Source: Catajapyx aquilonaris
Taxonomy: Eukaryota
Assembly: GCA_000934665.2 (NCBI GenBank)
Contig: KZ538133.1
Location: 62,001-126,000 of the forward strand
Length of the DNA stretch: 64,000 bases
Direction of reading: 5' to 3'
Part shown: positions 13,026 to 23,542 of the stretch, one piece after another
Numbering within the stretch: the stretch's first letter is position 1
How the letters are laid out: each line of letters begins with the position of its first letter
Made by a program: the position numbers and the translations under genes
Notes under the pieces: model-generated
Told to the model about the DNA's origin: nothing
The model's input: only the letters and a program-made list of their open reading frames with translations
The model's database searches: none

Positions 13026-15870
13026 CGATATACCTCAGTTCCAATAAATCCATCTGCGTCCCATTCAGTTCAGAAGGCAATAAACTCGGGCGCCATTAAT
13101 TTTATCAGCACTATTTTAATCTTGTTGCTAACCTACTAAGATAACATATTCCAATCTCCGGTAAGTGTCGCGAATCCCCTCGCTTGATTTCGGAAGCGGT
13201 GGTAAAATAGCACCGCACGATGGTGCACATAATCTCAACCTGTGTTAACTGCGCCGTTCGGCTTGTAAAGCCTGCAACATCCGCCATCTTGAAGCCCTGA
13301 GGGAACAATTTTTCCCTATCGACGACATTTCCGATTTTGGACAGGTTACCTCTCTACAATCACTCGAGGGGTTATTTCACTTATCCGTTCGTTTTTTTTT
13401 ATTATTATGAAAATGGCTCTCAAAACCCCTTCTGGCTACGAAATTCGATCGACATGATTGCCCCATTTTGACGAATCGAATATAGGCCTGGAAAGCGCCA
13501 TATTGGGGGCTATGTCGACGTCCATTTTGGATTATATGGTGGAAAAGCAAGGGGGGGATTGGGGGAAAAAATTACGACCTTTCACCCTACCGAATCGCAC
13601 CGAAGGGCTTAATGGCGATTTAAGGATCGGGTGGACAGGTAATTAAAACGGGTCCTGGAAGCCAATAAGCGGAGGCCATGTTTGTTCAGTGTCAACTTAG
13701 GTCTCTAATGACAAGAGGGGGCGTGACCCTGATTAAATTGGCCCTTTGCTCACCTGCAACTGGCGACAGCTTGGTCAGAACGGCCCATCTCCATTTCCAC
13801 TACGGAAGAGATTAAGTTGCACTATCACGTAAACATCACACGCATAACGTTCGAATCAAATTGTAGATGTGGAAATAATGAAGTCTATCTCCAAGTTGCA
13901 CGTCCCTAATGTCTCCAATATACAATTAACATCAGTTAACTGCCATTTTTGCATTCATCAGCAGTATTAAAATTGTGACTTACGGAAAAGTTACAATTAG
14001 TCTCACTATTACTATTATTGAATGATTAATTGAAAACCCACATCATTACTAATTTCTAATAGCTTCCAAAAGAACCCGTACGAACTTTAGTACCTGTAGA
14101 GTCTGTAATTATTCACTTAAAAACTAATTATGGTTTGTAATTTGGTAGCCTACAACCGTCTTTGAAGAGAGGAGCTACTATTGGCCTATTGTAGTATTGT
14201 TCCCACCATTCATTCATTTATGTATTCATTCATTCACAATGCAGCTAAAATCCCAAACACAACCGGGGTACATCCCCAGCCCCTAAAATAGCAGAAGGCT
14301 ATTTTATATTCATGAACACATACTGGCGCAAAAGTACTGTTTTAAAAATATATTCTATGCATTATGTATAATGAAGCATTCGTAACATAAATATGTTCTG
14401 CAAAAATTGTTATTGTAATCTGAGAGTAAGCTTACCAAACAACTGTCTAAAAATGGTACTTATGTGCTATGATAATAGCGCAATGGACTACAGCTTTTTA
14501 TAGACTACGGTACTGCTATTTATTTTACAAACGCATGTAGCCACTAGAAAAAAGTAACAATTTTTGACTCTCTTCAAAGACTGCATTGTTGTGACTGAAC
14601 TACACGTTATCCCTGGCTGTCTATTTCACGTTTGTGGCTTCCCGAGAGAGAAAAAGAAGCCAATTTAAACCTTTGATGAAATCGCTGATAACATTTTCTC
14701 CCTAATTTACTATCGACTACTTTCGAATATTCTTCCTACTAACAGCTACTTTTTGGCGCGGAGAGTTAACATTTTCATTTCACGTCCAACAATATTTCCG
14801 CTACTGTTGCTTCGATTATTGACAAAACCATTACACATCAAAGGCAGTTCAGACTGATTAACCGACTCACCCTGTACTACCAACACCCATCGTAATTGTT
14901 CACACTAACAAAAACGGTATACGTCGCTTTCATAACATCCCCACCAATTAAGCCCAACGCGTGAAACATGCGCAAAAAAAAATAATTGTCATTACTTTCC
15001 AAACCACGTTCTCTGAATATTGATTGTCATCGATTGGCCATTCATTTGTCTAAAAATCCGTGCCATGAATGCAAATTAAAAAAGAAACGATCGCAACTAT
15101 AGAGACACTCCATTCTTTCCACCAACAATCACCTTCTTTCCATCTCGAAACTTAAGTCCACCTTCAACCACAACTCTTCGGTCCATAATCCCCAAAAATT
15201 TCCTATGGGGGACTAAACCCCCCACTTTTTGAAATAAATTTTTCCCCCTAAAAATTTACGATCCGCGCACAGCACCGGCACCACACATTTGGTCCACCCG
15301 GCCCCTTCCGAAGATGGCGGGTATCAGGAGAGGGGTCGACAACACGTCCTACCCGTCCTAGGGTATCCTCCCGACTGGCTGGAGAGGGGGAATGATGGGG
15401 GGGAAAGAGGGGAGATTTTGGCGCCCGCTCGACCTGTGTGTGCAGGGGTCCCTTCTACGGTATATACCCGGGGCAGACATGGCGGACAAAACTCAATATG
15501 GATGGCGGGCTGCGCCTCTGCCGTCGGCCATCTTTCATATGGTAATGGCATCGTTATTTTTCACGGGGGTCGTCATTGCCGGATTGTGTATAGTTTAGGG
15601 GGGGAGAGAAAATGGATAGTGTGTATGGACACCTCTCGGTATTCCAAATGAATCAGAAGAAAGGAATTGGGCATTGTTGAGGATTTGCCAGAAATTGTGG
15701 TTCACAATGTAACAAAGGCCAACAGCTGACAATGTGCTTAATAATGTGTCCTAAAGAACAGGCAATGTACGGGGGAAGTTCGAAAAGAAATCAGTATAAT
15801 GGTACACGGAGGCGGTTTAATACACACAAAAATCATGCCGTGCCTGGCATGGCCACACGGCCAGTACACT

Positions 15871-16081
15871 GCGACATTTTCTGAAGCGGCAGAGGGCAGA
15901 AGTGCAAATCGAAGTGATAGAGTGTGAGCCGTGCGAGTAAGAAGAGGTAGGCCTTGCTCCTTAGCCACTGACGTCACCCAAGGGCTACCATTCCTTAATC
16001 GCACGGCTCACACTTCGATTTGCACGTCTGCCGCATCAGAAAATGTCGCCAGCTGTATGACGGAATTAATGTCCAGAACTG
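15871..16081 (-). mobile_element. Palindromic Tc1/mariner-type MITE, copy 2 (inverted relative to copy 1)
   Basis: It ends GGAATTAATGTCCAGAACTG|TA, the reverse complement of the copy-1 start. It has the same internal fold-back (GCGACATTTTCTGA...TCAGAAAATGTCGC) and shares CCCTTGGGTGACGTCA. Confidence 0.8.
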
Positions 16082-16847
16082 TACAGTGGAAGTATCAGTA
16101 ATGGCATGACTTTCCAGGCGTAACACGCAGCACTTTGGGGGTAACAGCAATCAAAATATTCAGCGCCACCATTTGCATCTCAACTATGCTTACCTGCAGC
16201 CAATATTTGAAAATTAATAATGAAAGAGGTGCGTTGCATAAACATTAATCTGGGACCCGGTATTTCAAAACAATCTAACAAAATCTCGGGAGGCGGGTAA
16301 TCAATACGGTGGCTGATAGATAAGAGACATAGAGGGTGGGTGTAAATGTCAGCGTGGATTGTCCGAAATGAGTCATACTTCCCAGTGACGTCACCCACCC
16401 CCCAGTTTTCCACCTCATTACTTTTCACTTAGCTCTCCTTTATATCTAGACCCTTTTTTCCTCTAATTGATTAATCATCTGCCTTTTCCACCAGGGACCC
16501 ACTTTTTATACGGTTCTTATTATTCGTCGCCATTGGGTGGGGACCAGGGGGGATGACACAACAATCAATAACACCCCCCCCCCCAACTCTTTGTTTCAAC
16601 AACTGCCACAGATTCCTATCTGCAGGAAATTTGCAACAATATGAAGTTGGGCGTAGAAAATATGCACGGATGGTGTGAAATTACATCACAGGCCATTAGA
16701 GGGTGCCTTCGTCCCCCCCTACTGTGTATATACCGTACTCTTTATGCAATGGACAAGATGAATGCGGAAGGGGGAAACTAAGTGCACTTATTTACTTCTC
16801 CCCCTTTGAATCGGAATTGCAGGAATGTCCAAGATCCACCACAGGTA

Positions 16848-16877
16848 CAGGGTGTTCAAAGTACTTGGAACACCCTG
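16848..16877. mobile_element. 30-bp palindromic mini-element with CAGGGTG termini and TA flanks
   Basis: The sequence is TA-CAGGGTGTTCAAAGTACTTGGAACACCCTG-TA, a near-perfect palindrome. CAGGGTG ends with a TA duplication are typical of Tc1/mariner derivatives. Confidence 0.6.
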
Positions 16878-19800
16878 TATATTGTTGCATCATTTATTAC
16901 CGATTATTCGTTTTAAATGGGGAAATTGTTACGATACAGGTTCGATTCGCACCTCGGTATATTTTGGATTCATCAATGAAACGGCTAGTGTTTGTTTACA
17001 TTGTGTATTGGTACTTTGGACATTCGGAGTGAATATGGCGTGTCAAAATATTATGCGATAACAGTGGGGTTTTTGTGGTTTCGTTTTTTAATAAACAATG
17101 AGCGTGCCATTCATGTTTAAATATTTGATATAAGAACAACCTATAAATGCGTTTCGCATTATTCGCATGCACCACTGTGGTCTTATCGCTGAATTTATGC
17201 ACACGAGTGAAATCAGTGACACTATTTTTGTTATTGTTACTTAACAAACATGTTTATGGGGTAATAATAACTGAGGAGGAAATGTCATTTTAATGTGACA
17301 ACTGTTGTATTTAACATATTGCAACATTTTCAAAAGCCAGTGTTTATATTAAAACTTTCAAAATTCATGGCTGGTATTCTTATAGCCTTGTGTGATTTAC
17401 GACCTGTCATAGCTTAAACCCGTATCTTACAGCACCGTTAATAAAGTTCTCCTAATTATTCCCGCCACATACGTATCCACTTTGCTACATACTAATGAAT
17501 TAATAACCCAATAATCCGATTTAGTTCACCACTAAATATAATGCCGTGTAATTAGTAGGCCGAATATTTTTCAGTAATACCAACTATAATTGATCGCACA
17601 TAAAAACGATAAGCTAACCACTCTAATCTGTCAAGCATAGTTTATATTGTCAGCAGATATCGCGTGTAATTACAATGTCAGATAAAATGTAATCGCCATA
17701 ATTCGCAGATTGCGTCAGATTTATTTCCATTAATTGCAAACTGTCTTTAAAGTTGAAACGCGTGTTTTCCGCATCCCCCAATATTACATTCCTGAAACAA
17801 ATGACAGAAGTCTAACTGGGTTGAAAGTGATATATCGGTTGGAATGATATGCAACATCCATTACTCCGCGTTATTACAACATGTCACCGGATGACAGCCT
17901 GCCTGTGCTGCAAAGAGCCCGGGTTACTTTGGGCGCCAAAATTCAGATCCATATTTGCAATTTCAGAAATGTCATAGCCCCCCCCCCCNTACTAACCCCC
18001 CTGCTCATCACATTTATACAGGGTGCCTCATAACGACTTCAAGAATTAAATATTTTATTTCCACGAACGCCCATGAGTCACAAGATCTGCTGACTGTTCC
18101 CTGATGGCCATGGATTCCGCAGCTTTGAAGATAAGCCGTGTCAGACGCAAGTGGCTGGAGCCAGGATTGAAGAGCAGTCCAGTGTCTATTGCAGGTCTAT
18201 GCGGACCGCAGTGGATTGCGGGAGTGGGTCTGTGGGGGGTGTCCAACAAGGAATCGAAGAATGCAGTGAGGTATTGGACGGGGGGGGATATTGGCAGTCA
18301 TGCAGGCAGCTGCTGTACTGGTCGGTCCATCTTCTCGGGTCCTTGGGCTGCTGCACAGACCGACCTACATTCCCAATAAGGGACCTTTATCGGAAGGACA
18401 TTTTCCAACTATATGCTGCCATAGTTTATAGACTAATGTGAACTTCATTCACGGTCTAAAGCAGCAGGAATGTCACCCAACTCTATTGAACATCTACACT
18501 TGTATCCGTTGTGTGAGCTCAGCCTATTGAATTTCGATGCAAACAGCTAGTTGTAATTGTAATATGCCAAAAATTTCACCGTGAATTAAAACAGGCTGCA
18601 CGAATTTTGCAAAATAGGCTAGAACCCCCCCCCCCCCCACGATCAGGTCAGGATTGGAAGGCGCGAAATTCTCATACAATGAAATATGTATAGGCTACCT
18701 TTTTGTGCCTCGTACAGTATACTGCACGTGTAGTTAAATTTTAAATATGTTCCGTCCAACAGGTTTGGTCGACGCATCTGGCACAGTGCAAGAGTACTAT
18801 CGGCGTTTTGTAATGAGACTTTTTAAAAAATTTATAGCCAAGCGTAATATTGGTCGCGCTGGCCACTCGCAGTGTTGGCAAGTATCCTTAATCGATGCTG
18901 CAGTATTGTATTACTGTGGTGATAAGACCCTTTAACGAGGAGTGCCAATGCAGAGTGGGGAAACATGATTCCAAAACCAGACCGTGCTATTGTACTGTAC
19001 ACTACTCGACCTGGCCCGCTTGGTCCAGTCTGCAGTGATACGTTTCAGACGCTATATAGTACAAAAAATATTTGCTTCCATTGTTATGCACAGCATTGGA
19101 AACAACTGATGATAAAAATATCTGTGAATTAATAGTAAAGACAAAACAATTGATTTTTACAATTTTTACAATTTGTCATTTTACAAGTGCAATATCCTCA
19201 TGATACCAGCCATCTTCTAGCACGCAATAATTGAGCATGTGCACGAGAGTGGTCAGTCCTTCTGCTAAGTATAGACCGAGATTGGATAGGAAGGATCCGA
19301 AAATAGTGCGACAAGTGACACACACGCAAGTGGAAAGAAGACGTGAAGGAAATGTATGGGGACATGGGAGGTGAGGAAGTCGTGCTGAGCAGTCGATTGT
19401 CACCCCCGCCGGGCAGAGTTATGGACGACGTGAGGTCACGTGGCGGTCACGGAAGAAAAGGTGCCAACATTGCGCTTCGCTGCGGGCAGCCATCACGAAA
19501 CATGTCCCTTCCAATGTTGCCCAGGCTAGCTAAACTATATAGTAACGCCAGTAGCAGCTAATTTGAAAGAAATAGCGTCTAAGAAACGGATGGTATTATT
19601 TGCTCATTGTTACCCAAAGTGTGCAAACCGGCCTTTTGTAATAGTCAGTTGTCAGTCCTGCTCTGAAAATGTCTATTGTTTCATCCACTAACCGTTACAA
19701 TTCAGGCACGACATAAAGTCACTTTTGACGACTCGACCAGTACAGCAAACTTTCCTTAATTATTTTCCTCCGAATCTGACATTTGTGTGTCAGCTATACC

Positions 19801-20873
19801 TTACAAAGGGTGCCATTTCCAGTGCCCGAAATGTCCGCGGACTAATCCCTAACCATTGTGCGCATTCCAACAAAGACGTGGGTCCGCCATTTCCAATCCG
19901 CAGACACAAAATTTCCGCTCGGAGTAACTAACAAAGGTTTCCCCCCCTATGCCTTAGCAAGAAAAAGGGCGGGCAGGAGAGGGGCAGAAAAAAAATAATA
20001 ATGTGGGCCAGTTGGGCGCGAATAATTCCGCCATTGATGTGGTCCATTCACATGCATACGAGTCCAATTAGAAGTCCTCCCAGCAACTTTTCCTGCACAT
20101 GATTTCATGTCCCATCTGCGAAGTCAACCGCACGTGGCCTTCCAGTATAAGCTACTTATTAGTTATTACGCGTTATATCATTGGCTAGAGAGCTTTGCCA
20201 AAGGGCGCAATTATTATTTCCAATGTACACTAGCGAGTCACGTCGACGGAAATTAATGCGCTCCAGGCATGCTAGCTTCAAGACCTGGATGAATTGGTAC
20301 TAGTTATCCTCCAGGCTTCTGTTGAAAAGTTCTGGTTAAGTATTAATAGCCAATTTGGCATATACTAAAACGGTTCTATTTAGACGATAAAAATTTGTTG
20401 GGTGTACGACACGAATCAACTGACTCAGATTACAAATTCTGCGTGTCATAATCTAATGTGAAGCAGTCAACTGATACACCCTTTCATGTCTCTTGTGTGG
20501 TAGAACCAATATTTCTGCGTCGCGGGCCAAACCAAAATTTTGCAAATTTTCAACTTCCTTGCACCACTGGAGCATCACTATGCGTATATAACCAATACTA
20601 ACTTGCCACAGTGTGAAGAGCATGCAGTCAAAGGTTTTCAAGAGCATAGTTCAGGAGAGCCAATCAATAGCAGCAGCCAGACTTCTTCAAATTCCAGTAG
20701 CATACGCAATTCCTTCTCGAAATTAGTGCCAGAGCTTTTTGGCATGAAAATAGCCATGAATAATGTGCAGTTCTGCTCTGCTAAATTTAATTCCATATCC
20801 AGCCCTGTACCTTTCTTTATACAGTACAACATTAGGTACAGTCAAGAGCAAATAAATATTTCATACGTATGTA

Positions 20874-21010
20874 CCCTATGGGGCTCAAATTCTTTTGGTC
20901 ACTTTATCCTGGTCTTGAAGCAACCCTTCACACACATACACTTCCTCACCGTGGGGCCTGTGCGAAGGGTTGCAGGATAAAGTGACCAAATGAATTTGAG
21001 CCCCATATAG
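20874..21010. mobile_element. MITE with about 50-bp TIRs and TA target-site duplication
   Basis: The left arm (C)CCTATGGGGCTCAAATTCTTTTGGTCACTTTATCCTG..CAACCCTTCACACA matches the reverse complement of the right arm TGTGCGAAGGGTTGCAGGATAAAGTGACCAAATGAATTTGAGCCCCATATAG, apart from a 9-bp insertion. TA flanks lie at 20872-20873 and 21011-21012. Confidence 0.8.
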
Positions 21011-21887
21011 TACTCTTGGCATATCGTGGCTCGTTTGTACATGAATGGCAACATGGCTAACTATTAAGCTAATGGATTCATTTCAGCGTATGCATAATTG
21101 TGCGACATGTAAACCGTCATCCTGTAATAACATGTCGTAAAATGCCACGCTCTATAGCATGATGGTTCGCGTGCCATTCAATAAGTTCCTTATCATGTCA
21201 TTTTATGAGGGGATTACCTTACGAGTTTCCCCAAGCAATGGCTCTTTACATCTTGCTTTAATCGTACAGAAGCTAGTGCACAAAGTCATTTCCGTGACAC
21301 GGAAGATTTTGGTGCCCGAAGCAGATGTTATCCTTGATCACTTGTGTCCCTCATTATGCAAAGCGTCTCAAGGGATGACTCAGTGCTGAGAACTTTAAAT
21401 GAACAGGACACACCATCAAATTATTAGCGACACCAATCACATAAGCATCAAAACAACAATGTTACATAGTGAGTAATTAAAACTTAATTGGGATACCCGC
21501 TGAGTGCGTCACATATCAACTGAGCCCAAATCCAGCCATTTTGTCTCCCAACCTACTATTGTGACTGGAAACATCGTTTCCACTTGGACAAATTGCACCC
21601 TCCTGTAAAATTATCATTTCTGGTGTTGGATTGCTTTTCATTCCGGATGAGCCATTTGCGTTGCGGCTCAAATCCACGATTACATTAACATTCCTGCGGT
21701 TGGTTATACATTCGTGACTTGGGCACGTGGAGCCCAGTGTTGTGCATGCACGCACTGATGTTTGTATCCCTGCACAACTCACTGCTAATCCACTCAGCGT
21801 CAGACGCCGCCTCGAATAACTTGATTTTTCTGCACGCTCCGCCGTATTATAGACATAGAGCTACATACAGTATAGTACGGTATCAAA

Positions 21888-22048
21888 ATGGAAACCTTTT
21901 ACATCCAGAATGTCGATTCCGGTTTGGTTGTAGACATCAAAAAAAGTTTGGATGAGCCAGGTGCCCAGCTAATTATGTTTCCTTACCATGGCAAACCTAA
22001 CCAGCAATGGACAAAAGAGGGGGATGCCATCAAAAGCAAGATGAATGG
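21888..22048 (+). CDS. R-type (ricin B-like, beta-trefoil) lectin, coding exon 1 of 2
   Basis: The ATG is in a strong context (tcaaaATGg) with an in-frame TAG upstream at 21873-21875. The exon translates METFYIQNVDSGLVVDIKKSLDEPGAQLIMFPYHGKPNQQWTKEGDAIKSKMN(G), containing the GLVVD...NQQW ricin-B repeat. It ends at a phase-2 donor, GG|gtaagc. It is absent from the ORF track. Confidence 0.93.
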
Positions 22049-22989
22049 GTAAGCAGAATGAAAAAAAAAAGTTTCATTATGGAGATTGACCAATCTGCAG
22101 ATGGAAGATGTACTGTCCAAAATGATGAGGTGATTTAGCTCAGCAATAGTTGGTTTTTCTGTTAGTGTGTAATAATCCGGAACAATGCTGAAAACGGTTC
22201 GTAATTATTGCGCAGTTGCCGATAGTGTATGCTGTGGTTACATGCAATAAATTATTATTCAAATTCGACCCAGCGCTAGCCTAGGGCGTGATGTTCGGTT
22301 CAAAAAAAATGAGGACGGAAAAGTTATAGCCAATATACGAACACATCTGCAGCATAACTGAATTTGAGCGGTTGATAATTATTATTATTGCACACAAAAC
22401 AAATTATCTTTGGCGCTCAAAAAACGTTTGTTCCTAAATAAGAGCCACTGAATAAACCATTTGAAGTTGCAAAAAATTGTTTTAAAAATGTCATTTTACA
22501 AACTTATAGTGATGTAGTAGTTTCCAAGTTAACCCTTTTCCCCGTAAACCATTTTGCAGTCGAGAAGTCACCCAACCTTAGCCAATAAAACCCCGATTTT
22601 GGAAAAAAAATAATATATAACACGAAGACGTTAAATGGCGCATGAATATGGCCAAAGTACCTGGAGCGGCAAATCTTTTTAAAGTGCTTCCTGGAAAAGC
22701 CCCAGTATCTATCATATGCTTATGCCATGGTATATTAAATATCCAATGTCAGAGTATATTTCAAACTTCGAGCAATGAGAACAGTCAAATAAGGCCTTCT
22801 TGGCATTGCTTCATGTATTTCTGTTACCTACATGATGGTAATATGCAAGCTATGGTACACCAATCATTATTCAATAAGCCAGTTAATATGAACAGATACT
22901 GAGCCTATTAAGGTTATAGTCCTCTATGATTTCATCAATTAACTGCATTAAAGCCTCCTCTCCTTTCCTTCCTCTCTCTTCTGCTTCAG
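22049..22989 (+). other. GT-AG intron (941 bp) of the lectin gene
   Basis: It has a gtaagc donor and a pyrimidine tract with a ttcag acceptor. Splicing restores a continuous three-repeat domain. Confidence 0.9.
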
Positions 22990-23218
22990 ATTGGTCCTAG
23001 ATGTGAAAGAGTCTGGTGGCGAAGGAACTCCTGTAATTACATGGAACCACACCGGCGGAGCCAATCAGCAGTGGTTTTCGGACCCGGATGGAACAATCCG
23101 GAACAGCTCGGGCCTTGTCTTGGATGTCAAAAAAGGATCTAAGGAATCCGGAGCAGAGCTCATCGTGTGGCCCAAACATGGCGGTGCCAATCAGAAGTTT
23201 CGCTTTGTCAAGTGTTAG
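22990..23218 (+). CDS. R-type (ricin B-like, beta-trefoil) lectin, coding exon 2 of 2
   Basis: A long polypyrimidine tract (22954-22987) ends in cag|A, and the phase matches exon 1 (GG+A = Gly). The exon translates (G)LVLDVKESGGEGTPVITWNHTGGANQQWFSDPDGTIRNSSGLVLDVKKGSKESGAELIVWPKHGGANQKFRFVKC*, giving two more GLVLDV...NQ(Q/K)(W/F) repeats. The spliced protein is 129 aa. Confidence 0.95.
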
Positions 23219-23536
23219 AAAGTCAGCAAGCTCTCTTGATATATATTTAGGACGTGACTGGCATTCAACAATAGATGTATGCTGCTTTGTTGTATAACCG
23301 AGAGTGGGTCTTGCAATGTGGTGCACTGTTGTGAATAGTAAGTTATATACACAATGGGTGTTCATTTAATGCGCACTCCTAACTATTGTCAATGTAACTT
23401 GCGTCGTGTGTTTGTGTGCTATGCTCGCATGTGTGGCATTGGGTCTGTTTACTGCACAGCATCACATGTAGCGTAGTGGGTTGAAAATTATTTTATCAAA
23501 CACCCTTCTGTATGTGGACAATATTACCCGATAGTA

Positions 23537-23542
23537 AATAAA
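23537..23542 (+). terminator. Candidate polyadenylation signal of the lectin gene
   Basis: This is the first AATAAA I saw after the stop codon, about 320 nt downstream. Confidence 0.5.

Noticed and set aside
18054..18364. GC-richer block resembling a minus-strand terminal exon ending in AATAAA
   Set aside because: The acceptor lacks a pyrimidine tract and none of the three frames gives a recognisable peptide.
22997..23365. 122-aa minus-strand ORF and the 23088-23297 + ORF
   Set aside because: They are shadow frames of lectin exon 2.
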